A stretch of 64,000 bases of DNA from Bacillota bacterium (GTDB lineage: Bacteria > Bacillota > DTU025). Location of the stretch: positions 288,001-352,000 of the forward strand of contig JBMNJT010000008.1 of NCBI GenBank assembly GCA_050951805.1, in the 5' to 3' direction. The notes below the pieces were generated by a model. That model had not been told where the DNA came from and ran no database searches. It saw only the letters and a program-made list of their open reading frames with translations. Each line of letters starts with the position of its first letter. Within the stretch, counting starts at the first letter, position 1. Below, in pieces: positions 42,759-52,842 of this stretch. The position numbers and the translations under genes are program-made.

Positions 42759-43859
42759 ATGACAAAGACTGCTTCAAAGTGCATGGCACTGATTTTAGCA
42801 GGCGTTTTGCTGGCATTTGCGGTTGTGACCTGCCAGAAGGCCAAAAACAGATATACCAAGTATACCGACACCTTCTTCGACGCCTTTGATACTCTGGTGA
42901 CAGTTGTGGTTTATGTCCAGAGTGAAGAGGAATTCGATTCGTACTATCAACAGATCCGCGCGAGATTCCTTGAGCTTCATAGGCTGTATGACAAGTATAA
43001 CGAGTATGAAGGGATCAACAACATAAAGACGATAAATGATAATGCTGGAATAAGGCCTGTCCAGGTAGAACAGGAGATAATCGATCTTATCCTTTTTTCG
43101 AAGGATTGGTGCGCACGCACAGGCGGGAAGACAAATATTGCCCTCGGTTCGGTGCTCGAGATTTGGCACGAATATCGGGAACAAGGCCTGTATGATCCGG
43201 CCAGCGCGAAGCTCCCGCCCATGGAAGATCTGCTCGAGGCTGCGCAGCATATTGACATAGACAAAGTGATAGTAGATGCAGAAAACGGCACAGTATTCCT
43301 GAGCGATAGTGAGATGAGCCTGGATGTAGGCGCTGTAGCGAAGGGTTACGCGACTGAGGTAGTTGCCAGAGAGATGATGGCTGCTGGGCTCAAGTCGGGC
43401 ATGATAAGTGCAGGCGGAAACGTTCGGGCGATTGGGAAACCACTTGACGGCGTTCGCGAGTGCTGGGGCGTGGGAATACAGAATCCCGTTGAGTCCATCG
43501 TCGCCGATGACGGCGTGCTCGATGTGGTATTCGTCAACGATGCATCCGTAGTGAGCAGTGGCGACTATCAGAGGTATTATGTTGTGGACGGAACGGTCTA
43601 TCACCACTTGATAGACCCGGCGACGCTGATGCCTGCGCGATACTATCATGCAGTTACAGTAGTAACGGAGGACTCTGGGGTAGCGGATTTCCTGTCCACC
43701 GCAGTGTTTCTCTTGCCATACGATCAGAGCAGATCACTCGTCGAGAATCTCGATGGGGTAGAGGCTCTGTGGGTTATGCCCGATGGGAAAGTGGAAGCAA
43801 CTAGCGGCATGAAGAGGATAATGAGGAGCCATGGCGCGTCGGGGACAAAGGCCATGTAG
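42759..43859 (+). CDS. apbE: FAD:protein FMN transferase ApbE
   Basis: FDT, LDVGAVAKG, SAGGNV, SSGDYQRY, YHHLIDP.T and ADFLST motifs; signal peptide. Confidence 0.95.
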   Translation: MTKTASKCMALILAGVLLAFAVVTCQKAKNRYTKYTDTFFDAFDTLVTVVVYVQSEEEFDSYYQQIRARFLELHRLYDKYNEYEGINNIKTINDNAGIRPVQVEQEIIDLILFSKDWCARTGGKTNIALGSVLEIWHEYREQGLYDPASAKLPPMEDLLEAAQHIDIDKVIVDAENGTVFLSDSEMSLDVGAVAKGYATEVVAREMMAAGLKSGMISAGGNVRAIGKPLDGVRECWGVGIQNPVESIVADDGVLDVVFVNDASVVSSGDYQRYYVVDGTVYHHLIDPATLMPARYYHAVTVVTEDSGVADFLSTAVFLLPYDQSRSLVENLDGVEALWVMPDGKVEATSGMKRIMRSHGASGTKAM

Positions 43860-44684
43860 TATTTGGGCTTTTCGGCATGAAACAGTTGATCATGCCGGAG
43901 AATCACAATGTGCCACGTAATCCTTCAATTCCTCGATGGACTCACCAGTAGGTGTTCGAAGTCCGTTTTCCGCCAGCAATGTTTGGCAGTTCTTGGTCCT
44001 ATCAACCTGCTTCAGGTTCTCGATTTGCACTTTCTACTCTCGCAATCAAAGGGAGACAATGCAGATACTTGGGGCTTCGTTTGAGTTCAATCTTGCCTAG
44101 GTCAAGGAGTATCGACAGAACTAAGAAAGGGACTGGAATATGTTCATCGAATGAGGCGCCGGCATGTGCGGTGACATGAATCCTTTTCGTAGCCTTGGCG
44201 CAATCGCTAATGGTGTGGGAGTGGAATCGGGCTCATTGACGGCGCTGATGCAGCGGTGAAAATCGTCTACAAACGGATCCGTGTCGCGGGCAAAGTTGGG
44301 CTAGCCATGTGTACGCTTCCTCTCCTGGTGTGACACGTTAGTATTACTTGCATACGGGCTGAGCTTTTGATTTTGTGGTAGTGCGTGAATTCTCCGGTCA
44401 CAGCGGGGAGCGCATCATGCTTGCTGCACCTGCCTGTTCTTGGGGAGCAGACTCCTGGCGGTTTTCCTCCTTTCTTTAATGCGTCGGCGATGCGTGTTGA
44501 TTTGATAGGATGGAGCGATTAATGCGGGTCGGACTCCGCTGTTGCCTGCGAAAGCCTGTGTTGGTTGCTTTGTGTGAAGGCATGCGGAGCGTTGCTATGC
44601 CGGGACATAGGCTGCTGCACAGGACCAGTGTTTTGCAGGAAAGCATGCCACTTGAATTTGTTCACGAATGGCTGAAATTGATTC

Positions 44685-44713
44685 TTGGCAAGGCGGGTCG
44701 GCTTTGATATAAT
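44685..44713 (+). promoter_or_regulatory. Sigma-A promoter of T-box leader
   Basis: TTGGCA (44685) - 17 bp - TATAAT (44708), with extended TG. Confidence 0.75.
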
Positions 44714-44736
44714 AACAGCCAATAAGCATACAGCAC

Positions 44737-45030
44737 AAAGACGATGACCGAGAAGAAGTAGGACATGACGTAGGCCCGACAGAGAGTTCCCGGCTGGTGT
44801 GAGGGGCGGGGTTGTTATGTCTGAATACATCTTGGTAGTCGCTCACCCAAAGGCGCATTGACGCCCGGTAGGCTGAGACGGATTCACCCGTTACAGTGAT
44901 AGAGTATCGCGCACTATTAGCGCCGTACTTGAAAAGGCCGGCAACGCGAGTTGTCGGCAAATTGAGGTGGTACCACGGGATTTGGCGCTCGTCCTCTTGC
45001 TAAGGCAGGGGACGGGCGCTTCTTGCTTTC
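44737..45030 (+). ncRNA. T-box riboswitch, Tyr (UAC) specifier
   Basis: Stem I pairs GGACATGAC/GTTATGTCT and ACCGAGA/TCTTGGT; AGTA, AGAGAG and GGTGTGAG motifs; specifier loop GAA-TAC-A (44826-44828); T-box AATTGAGGTGGTACCACG (44960-44977); terminator GGCGCTCGTCCTC...GGGGACGGGCGCT plus U-rich tail. Confidence 0.92.
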
Positions 45031-45090
45031 CCCGCAATATGGGCGTGCTGGCGCCAAAGGGCACTCCCAAGTTAAAGGAGTGTATTTTTG

Positions 45091-46539
45091 ATGGCAAACG
45101 TAAGGTTCTTCACAGATCAGCACTTGCCCCTGGAGATGCACAAGGTGCGTATCGTACAGAAGCTGAATCTTCCTCCTATCGAGCGCAGGCTAGAGGCTAT
45201 CACCGAGGCAGGAAACAACACATTTCTTCTTCAGAATCGGGACATCTTTCTGGACATGCTCACAGACAGCGGGGTCAATGCCATGAGCGATCAGCAGTTG
45301 GCGGCGATGATGATAGCTGACGACAGCTATGCAGGCTCTGAAACTTTCACCAAGTTGGAAAACAAGGTGATCGAGCTTTTCGGCATGCCTCACTTTCTCC
45401 CTGCCCATCAGGGACGTGCCTGTGAGCATATTATTGCGTCAACCTTGGTTAAGCCCGGCAATGTCGTGCCGATGAACTTCCACTTTACTACCAGCAAAGC
45501 GCATATTGTTAGATGTGGCGGCATCGTTCGCGAGCTACTGATCGACGAGGGCCTCAAGCCTACAAGCGAGTTTCCGTTCAAGGGAAACGTTGACCTGAAC
45601 AAGCTGAGGCAGGTAATTGAGGAGGAGGGAGCAGGCAACATACCATTTGTTCGGCTGGAGGCGGGCACAAACTTGATTGGCGGGCAGCCTCTCTCGTTGG
45701 AGAATGTCCGCGAGGTTACGGCAGTCTGTCACTCCAACGGCATCCCAGTCGTACTCGATGCCAGCCTTCTTCAGGACAACTTGTATTTCATCCACGAGCG
45801 TGAGGAAGCATGTAAAGATATGAGCATACGAGAGATCACCCGTGCACTCGCCGACGAGGTGGATGTCATCTACTTCTCCGCGCGCAAACTAGGCTTTGCA
45901 AAGGGCGGAGGGATCTGTATCCGCGACCGTGTCATGTTCGAGAAGATGCGGGAGTTGGTACCCCTCTTCGAAGGTTTCTTGACATACGGCGGCATGTCAG
46001 TGCGGGAGATGGAGGCGATTGTGGTCGGACTTGACGAAACAATGGATGAGGATGTAATCTCCCAGGGACCACAGTTCATCCAGTTCATGACCGATGAGCT
46101 TCGCAGGGCCGGCGTGCCGGTTGTCACCCCTCCTGGAGGGCTGGGATGCCATCTAAATGCAATGGAATTTCTGCCTCATGTAGAGCAAGGCCAGTATCCC
46201 GCCGGCGCACTGGCGTCCGCGCTCTACATTGCTGGTGGGGTGCGAGGAATGGAGCGTGGAACCATGAGCGAGGCGCGCGAGCCTGATGGCAGAGAGGTTT
46301 TTTCTCAGATGGAACTGCTGCGTCTTGCGATGCCGCGACGCGTCTTCACACTCTCTCAGGTTAAATATGCGATCGACCGCATCATCTGGCTCTACGAGCA
46401 CCGGGATCTGATCGGGGGGTTGACCTTTGTTGAAGAACCGGCGATCCTCCGCTTTTTCTTCGGCAAGCTGAAACCCACTTCGGATTGGCAAACTGATCTG
46501 GCGAAGGCTTTTCGAGAGGACTTCGGGGACAGCTTGTAG
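45091..46539 (+). CDS. PLP-dependent beta-eliminating lyase, tyrosine phenol-lyase-type (TnaA/Tpl family)
   Basis: DMLTDSG, DDSYAGS, HQGR, MNFHFTT, SARK (PLP Lys), MERG, LRLAMPRR and LRFF motifs. Confidence 0.88.
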   Translation: MANVRFFTDQHLPLEMHKVRIVQKLNLPPIERRLEAITEAGNNTFLLQNRDIFLDMLTDSGVNAMSDQQLAAMMIADDSYAGSETFTKLENKVIELFGMPHFLPAHQGRACEHIIASTLVKPGNVVPMNFHFTTSKAHIVRCGGIVRELLIDEGLKPTSEFPFKGNVDLNKLRQVIEEEGAGNIPFVRLEAGTNLIGGQPLSLENVREVTAVCHSNGIPVVLDASLLQDNLYFIHEREEACKDMSIREITRALADEVDVIYFSARKLGFAKGGGICIRDRVMFEKMRELVPLFEGFLTYGGMSVREMEAIVVGLDETMDEDVISQGPQFIQFMTDELRRAGVPVVTPPGGLGCHLNAMEFLPHVEQGQYPAGALASALYIAGGVRGMERGTMSEAREPDGREVFSQMELLRLAMPRRVFTLSQVKYAIDRIIWLYEHRDLIGGLTFVEEPAILRFFFGKLKPTSDWQTDLAKAFREDFGDSL

Positions 46540-46852
46540 TGGATTGGATATTTCCACATATCCTGGGGCCAAGACGGGTTCGGGATACCCGGATGTGCAC
46601 GTCCCAAGGCTGTTAGGAATCGATTGGGCTCCACCGCGGGGGAAGGCTTGGTTAACAGCCGAACTCTTGCAGGCCACGGCAGGGAAGGGGCGGGTTCTGT
46701 GCCTTGAAACTAGAGGATGTGGCACCTGAGCTGAAGTGGGCGTACATGCATCGATCAATCTGGGGGCGTGAACCATGCGGAGTTCGCGCCCCCCAGGGTA
46801 GGTTCAGCTGCCACAAGATCTCGGCTGCTCAACTCTGCACTGCACGTAGAGA

Positions 46853-47389
46853 CTAGAAACAGTATCCAAGGCTGACGCCGTATACTATTCCGCCTTCCTC
46901 CAGCTTCTTATCGATTATGAAGGCTTCATATCCGACCTCGCCTGCAAAGCGTATCTTGTTGAACATCATCTCCAGACCAGCAGTGGCCTGTAGACCAGGG
47001 AGTGTTGCCGAAGCGCCCATTGCATTGGCGATGAGGGCGGTTCCGCTGACCCCGACGTAAGGATTGAAATCTCCGAGCATGACATAATACCTGGCTCCGA
47101 GAGCGGCACTGTACAGACCAATGTCGACGGTAGGCCCGTCATCTACTTCCGCCTTAAGGAAACCAGCGGTGCATGCGGCAGCGATCGCAAACCCGTTATC
47201 GAACCTGTATTCCAGCTCGAGACCAGCATTGATGCCAGGATAAGCTAAGGCAAGGTCGCCAACGGCTCCCTTGTACTTTGCGCCGATAAAGGTGCGGCTG
47301 TTTGCCGACGCTGAAGTGGCCAATCCAAGAAGAAGGACCAGTGACAGGGCACATGACACCAGTAGTGTGCTGCGAGACTTCACTTGCAT
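46853..47389 (-). CDS. Outer-membrane beta-barrel-like protein (OmpW/OmpA-membrane-domain-like)
   Basis: Signal peptide ending ASA; alternating beta strands (LELEYRF, LGARYY, FNPYVGV); C-terminal YGVSLGYCF beta-signal. Confidence 0.7.
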   Translation of the reverse strand: MQVKSRSTLLVSCALSLVLLLGLATSASANSRTFIGAKYKGAVGDLALAYPGINAGLELEYRFDNGFAIAAACTAGFLKAEVDDGPTVDIGLYSAALGARYYVMLGDFNPYVGVSGTALIANAMGASATLPGLQATAGLEMMFNKIRFAGEVGYEAFIIDKKLEEGGIVYGVSLGYCF

Positions 47390-47969
47390 GACCTCCCAAA
47401 TAGGTAGTTGGTAGGATTGTCTAGGTTTCAAGAATCCAACAAGCTCTTGCGCTGGGCTGATGCAGACCGACTGCTGGTCTGTCCGCTAGCCCTGCGTCAA
47501 TACTACATTCTGCAATCACCTCCAGAATTCACGAATTATGGATGAAACAGAAGCAGTATATGTATGCCAATGCAATTCGGCAAAAGGGTTCCCGAACCTC
47601 CCGCACATGCGGCCTATAAATCGCCAGATGCATGCCAGGCATTCCCAGAAGCCATGTATAGCTGGCGCCCGTCGGAATACGTCAAATAGCGCGATAATTG
47701 GGGCAGCAGGATTGGCGGTGTGATAGCTCAAAAGACTCGTCTGGAGGTCCACCGGGTGAAGGGCTTGGATTCTGAGCTGATTGGAAAAACGCTACCGGAT
47801 TCATTCTCTCGTGTGGTGCGGAGGGGTGGCCCGAGACTTCATACGAACTAGGCAGGGCGATTCTGCAACTGCAGAGAGCAAAGAAGCGTGAATTCAATGA
47901 AAGGCAATTGAGTGTCTCATTGAGTGGAAGACGAAGAAAATACGGTGACGGACAATTATTAGACGGTCC

Positions 47970-48680
47970 TTGGTGGCAGTCGCCCGGTCCGACCTGGCAT
48001 TTGACACTCCGGTCGCCATGAAATCCTCTGGCGCGGCAGCAACCGGGAGCGATCGTCCGGGATACTCCTACTACTTTGCGTACTGTGCCTATGCGCTGCT
48101 TGCCATGGTCATGACGGGCGTAAGCTCCATCATGATGTCGTTCAATAGGCCCGATCTCTACTTGCGCAACTTGTGCGCGCCATTGCCGGGCACGAGCATG
48201 AGCCTGCAGTTGGCTGCCGGACACGCGGTGTTTGCCCTGGGTTGCTGGGCCATACTCGTAGTAGGCAGCTTCGTGCTGCACGGCGAAAGCTTGGTGTCGT
48301 CGGGGTTAGCAGGGCTGTATTCCCTCAACACGTTGGCATTCGCAGCGGTGAGTGCGTGCATAGGTTTTCTCGTGGGCGGCTCCGTGAAGAGTAATGGCGC
48401 ACAAGCGGGAGCGATCAACGTCATCACTCTTGGCATGACCTTCCTGTGTGGTGTGTTCGTACCCCAGTCAATCATGAGCAAGTCGGTGCTGTCGTTCGGA
48501 AGGTTTTTGCCAACGTACTGGTTCATCCGGGCGAACGATGCCATAGGGGAGATTTCGAGCTTCACTGCGGATAGCCTGCGTCCCATCTATGGCAGCATCC
48601 TGATCCAGCTGGGGTTCGCTGTGGCCATATTCTCGGTGACGTTGCTTCTGAGCAGAGAGCGAAGGCTGTCGCATCTCTAG
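47970..48680 (+). pseudogene. ABC-2 transporter permease, C-terminal fragment
   Basis: Multiple TM helices, FLCGVFVP and FLPTYW motifs; no N-terminal part or RBS. Confidence 0.7.
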
Positions 48681-48856
48681 GGCCAAGCCGCCTACGCAAT
48701 GCAGGTTCCAAGAGACTGGACGAGCCAACGCCGCCCGGATTATCGTGACGCGGGTGGCGGCATGTTGAGACATCAGTGGCTGCCTGATTGTGCTAAGATG
48801 CTTTTGGAGCATCACACATGTTGACGCTTCGGACGCAATGCTTGGGAGGAACTCAG

Positions 48857-49699
48857 ATGAGAACTGAGCAGGAGATGATGGGCCTGATTCTCGGCGTAGC
48901 GGCGGCCAATGAGCGCGTGCGCGCGGTGGTCATGAATGGTTCGCGCGCAGACCCCAACGCTCCCCGGGATATCTTCCAAGACTACGATATTGTCTACTAC
49001 GTGACAGACATAGATTCATATGCAGAAGACAGAAGCTGGGTCGACATCTTCGGCGAGCGAATGATAATGCAGATGCCCAAGTCCGATTGCTGCCTTGTCT
49101 ATCTCATGCAGTTCACAGACGGAAACAGGATCGATCTCACTTTGGTGCCTCTGTTCGAAAAGCAGGAATTCAGCACAAAGGACAAGCTTGCAGTGGCCTT
49201 GATGGACAAGGACAATGTTCTTCCACCATTGCCTTCGCCCACAGATGAGGATTACTGGGTACGACCGCCGTCCCGTCAGGACTATGATGAGTGCTGCAAC
49301 GAGTTCTGGTGGGTGGCTGTTTATGTGGCGAAGGGGCTGTGCAGGCGGGAGATTCTTTATGCCAAATGGCGCCTGGATAGAATCGTAAGGGAGATGCTCC
49401 TTCAGATGTTGGAGTGGGAGGCCGGCATAGCGACTGACTTCTTGGTGAGCATGGGCAAGTGCAGGAAGCGCCTCGAGGCGCATTTACCTGAGGAACAATG
49501 GCAGGCTCTGTTGCTTACGTATGCAGACGGAAGCTATGAGGGCACATGGAATTCGCTGTTTGCAGCGTGCGATCTGTTTCGTCAGACGGCGAAGTTCGTG
49601 GCTTCGCACTTTGGCTATGAATATCCGGGCGGCGACGATCAACGCGTCGGCAAGCACTTGGAGTGGCTACGGGATCTCTGCGCGTCTTCCGGCGTGTAG
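48857..49699 (+). CDS. Aminoglycoside 6-adenylyltransferase family (AadK/AadE-like)
   Basis: MRTEQEM, NGSR, D.FQDYDIVY, DGNRIDL and NEFWW motifs. Confidence 0.9.
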   Translation: MRTEQEMMGLILGVAAANERVRAVVMNGSRADPNAPRDIFQDYDIVYYVTDIDSYAEDRSWVDIFGERMIMQMPKSDCCLVYLMQFTDGNRIDLTLVPLFEKQEFSTKDKLAVALMDKDNVLPPLPSPTDEDYWVRPPSRQDYDECCNEFWWVAVYVAKGLCRREILYAKWRLDRIVREMLLQMLEWEAGIATDFLVSMGKCRKRLEAHLPEEQWQALLLTYADGSYEGTWNSLFAACDLFRQTAKFVASHFGYEYPGGDDQRVGKHLEWLRDLCASSGV

Positions 49700-49834
49700 G
49701 GACCGCTCTTCTGGCAGTTCGTGATGTATTGACTACCTCCAGCCAGCCGAAGAACGCGAGTCCGCTCGCGACATTCGACTTGCAGAAACCCTGGGCACCG
49801 TATCGCAATCTCAGCACAGCACAAGGAGGGATTT

Positions 49835-50668
49835 ATGATGATCGAGTTGCCCGAGGCCACGACAATTGCCGAACAAGTGTGTACAGCTCTTACAGGCAAG
49901 AGGATCGAGAGCGTCACCGCAAACCACTCTCCGCACAAGTTCGCCTGGTTTTACGGCGATCCCGGTGAATACGATAATCTGCTCAAAGGCCAGACCGTTG
50001 AGAATGCGATTCCCTGCGGAGGCTTGGTGGAGATATGGGCTGGCCCCGCGCGGATTCTCTTTGGCGACGGTGTTAATCTGCGCTACCATCCTGCAGGAGA
50101 GAAGGCGCCGGCAAAGCACCAGCTTCTCATCGAATTCTATGACTCATCATCACTCAGTGGCTCTGTGCAGATGTATGGAGGGTTGTGGGCGTTTCGCGCC
50201 GGGCAGTTCGATAATCCATACTACCTGGTCGCTCAGGAGAAGCCCTCGCCTCTGACAGATCAATTCAATTACTCTTACTTTGAATCCCTGCTGGAAGGGG
50301 AGAAGCGCCAACCCCTATCTGCAAAGGCCTTTCTTGCGACAGAACAGCGCATACCTGGGCTCGGGAATGGAGTCTTGCAGGACATCCTGTGGACGGCCAG
50401 AATTCATCCGAAGCGAAAAGTGGCGGCCCTGTCCGACGAAGAACTCCATGTCCTCTTCGGCTCGGTCAAGTCTGTGCTCAAACAGATGGCAGCTGAAGGT
50501 GGCAGGGACACCGAGCGCGATCTATATGGCTGTCCGGGGCGATACAAGACGATCCTTAGCAGAAACACGGTAGATAAGCCATGCCCGGCCTGCGGGAGCG
50601 CCATCAAGAAGGCAGCATACATGGGCGGGAGCGTGTACTACTGTGAAGGGTGCCAAGGCAGGCATTGA
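49835..50668 (+). CDS. Fpg/Nei-family DNA glycosylase-like protein
   Basis: IELPE N-terminus, H2TH IPGLGN...DIL..A.IHP, and zinc finger CPAC...CEGCQ. Confidence 0.85.
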   Translation: MMIELPEATTIAEQVCTALTGKRIESVTANHSPHKFAWFYGDPGEYDNLLKGQTVENAIPCGGLVEIWAGPARILFGDGVNLRYHPAGEKAPAKHQLLIEFYDSSSLSGSVQMYGGLWAFRAGQFDNPYYLVAQEKPSPLTDQFNYSYFESLLEGEKRQPLSAKAFLATEQRIPGLGNGVLQDILWTARIHPKRKVAALSDEELHVLFGSVKSVLKQMAAEGGRDTERDLYGCPGRYKTILSRNTVDKPCPACGSAIKKAAYMGGSVYYCEGCQGRH

Positions 50669-50817
50669 TACGGTGGAATGAATGAAGCCAGCGGTGATCG
50701 CAATGTCTCGCTCAACGGAAATGCTTGGCGTTGTGCAGAACGACAAGGCGCGCCTAGTCAGCGGATTGCAGAGGGATTGCCACTGGTTCTGTTCCCTGTA
50801 GGGAAAGGCTGATGACG

Positions 50818-51408
50818 CTAGATCTCTAAATGGACAGGAAGTCCATAGAGTCGGACTGTACACCTGTTCTCAGTGATGATAGGGGCTTCCGAATCCCAGC
50901 GGGGCGAGAGCATCATTCCTCTATCTGGGATGTCACAAAACGGCGATGGCTGCTCATAAAGGTTGTTCATTATGGATGCCTCAAGCCTTTCAAGGATCCG
51001 TGGCTCAGTTCCCACGTCCGCAGCAAAGATGCGAAACCCTTGAAGTTGCTCTCTGGCAGCGTTAAGGATCTCTTGCCTTCGCTTTTCAAAGTCCGCCCGT
51101 TTTTCCGGGGACCACCCCCATCCATGCCATATCTCTTTTCGAATACCCTGCTGCATAGCGGCGATGTCTAGGACTGTGTAATCCCCGCTCATGTACTTGC
51201 GAGTATGTTCACGGAATCGTATCGGAATCGAACGGCGCGTGAGCCCGGCTGCGTAGATCAGATAACCATCCTGGTATTCAACTGTCTGCAGATAGACACC
51301 TGGCTGTTTTGGAAGGGGACGCGAATTACCCTCAGTCTCGAATTGCGGCCAGCAATATGGGCCGGTCCACGTAATCTGGATTAAGGGCGCATACCGGGTT
51401 ATGCACAT
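50818..51408 (-). CDS. GIY-YIG-like hypothetical nuclease
   Basis: PGVYL...LIYAAG.T.R....RF.EH pattern. Confidence 0.55.
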   Translation of the reverse strand: MCITRYAPLIQITWTGPYCWPQFETEGNSRPLPKQPGVYLQTVEYQDGYLIYAAGLTRRSIPIRFREHTRKYMSGDYTVLDIAAMQQGIRKEIWHGWGWSPEKRADFEKRRQEILNAAREQLQGFRIFAADVGTEPRILERLEASIMNNLYEQPSPFCDIPDRGMMLSPRWDSEAPIITENRCTVRLYGLPVHLEI

Positions 51409-51600
51409 CTCTGACCACCTCGAACTCCTCATCAAATTGGCTCCATCGGCCCACATAATCTTGATTCGACGCTGACTTCCTGGTTTCCTATGCCAGATAG
51501 CCCGCTGGAAACGCTTCAACCCAGTCAGTCAGAATCGTGCAGTTTGTTGGGCCAGCTGGCGTCAGATGACATAATAGAAAGGGAAGGAGGCGACTCTTCC

Positions 51601-51925
51601 ATGAGCATCGGCAAGATCCAAGCTGAGGTTCTTAAGCTCCATCCAAGTGAACGGGCCAGGTTAGCTGAGGCATTACTGCTAAGCCTGGAGGAACTTTCGG
51701 ATGAGGAGAATGAGCGTTTGTGGGCTGAGAAAGCCCGGCGGCGGCACGAAGCCCTCGTTGCTGGAAGGGCTAGCGAGCGCATTGCTGCAGACGTGTTTCG
51801 CGACGCCCGCGGGCGGCTATGGGCTATGATTGTTGAGCGTGTCATATTTCATGAGCTGGCCGAACAGGAGCTACTTGATATTGCGAACTATTATGAGAAT
51901 CAGAGCGCAGGCTTGGGCTTTGATC
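51601..51925 (+). pseudogene. Addiction-module antitoxin read-through fused to truncated ParE-like toxin (degenerate copy)
   Basis: Near-identical to 56511-56825; antitoxin stop lost by a small insertion and toxin truncated after AGLGF. Confidence 0.75.
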
Positions 51926-52168
51926 TGGGGCTAGGCGAGAAGAACTCGCTTCGGGTAGAGAAGGAAACCATATGTACCATGTGTTTGTTGGACAAGGCGT
52001 GCACAGCTTGGACGCTTTCTCCCGATGCACGGATCTGAAGATACTGTTGGGAGCCATAGTTGCGCGCCTATATCGAGCGGTTGGCTGTTCACTTGAAGAT
52101 GTGGCAAGCTGCAGATATTGTGCACATCGCCCGGCTCACGCTTGTTCGCGTTGAGAGCCAGACAGGGT

Positions 52169-52549
52169 TCATGTGATCCTGTGATCTATGATCCACCTCA
52201 GGATCCTGTCTGAGTTCATAGTCCCGTCGGCAATGCCTAGGCCAAGCTCAACGAGTTCTTGTTGTTTGAAGTGCAGCTTCACTCCATTCATATCCAGAAA
52301 AACCAGCATGACGAAGAGTCCGGTTCGCTTGTTGCCATCTACGAACGGATGGTTTTGGACTATCGAAAAGCATTGACGAGCAGCCTTTTCTTCTACTGTG
52401 GGGTACAGATCCTTGCCGTCAACTGATGCAAAAGCGTGATTGATAGCCGAGTCGAGTGCGCCCTGGTCGCGCACGCCTGAGGTCCCCCCTGTGACCGCAA
52501 TCATCTGCTGATGAAGGTGAAGCACTTGCTTGCAGTTGAGTCGGATCAC
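52169..52549 (-). CDS. doc: Doc (death-on-curing) toxin
   Basis: HPFVDGNKR Doc-type Fic motif. Confidence 0.9.
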   Translation of the reverse strand: MIRLNCKQVLHLHQQMIAVTGGTSGVRDQGALDSAINHAFASVDGKDLYPTVEEKAARQCFSIVQNHPFVDGNKRTGLFVMLVFLDMNGVKLHFKQQELVELGLGIADGTMNSDRILRWIIDHRIT

Positions 52550-52797
52550 TTTGCCAGCTCCGAAAACGCTGGGAGATTCTCCTTCAAGATACGGGCAGCC
52601 ACCGATTCCAGCCGCTCGTCTTCAGATTTGGATAACCCCTCGAAGTGGTCAAAACTGAGCACGACGTACTTGGGCACGTTGTTCTTCAGAATGACCACTG
52701 CTCCCTGCTGGTCCGCTGCACGTGCCACTTTGGAGAAGTTCCTGTTGGCATCAGCTAAAGGGATCATCTGTTTGGTGTTTATTATCATGTCGATCAC
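52546..52797 (-). CDS. phd: Phd antitoxin
   Basis: ANRNFSKV...VVILKNN.P.YV motif; overlaps the doc start. Confidence 0.9.
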   Translation of the reverse strand: MIDMIINTKQMIPLADANRNFSKVARAADQQGAVVILKNNVPKYVVLSFDHFEGLSKSEDERLESVAARILKENLPAFSELAK

Positions 52798-52818
52798 CTC
52801 ATCCCCAGTATACTCAAT

Positions 52819-52842
52819 ATGTAGGCAAGAATAAACCTACAT
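52819..52842 (-). promoter_or_regulatory. Palindromic operator of phd-doc
   Basis: ATGTAGG-N10-CCTACAT just upstream of a TATACT -10 on the minus strand. Confidence 0.6.

Noticed and set aside
43900-44680. Short ORFs upstream of the T-box
   Set aside because: Low coding plausibility with no conserved motifs; likely remnants.
45091-46539. Annotation as tryptophanase (tnaA)
   Set aside because: Specificity residues and the T-box specifier and discriminator all point to tyrosine rather than tryptophan.
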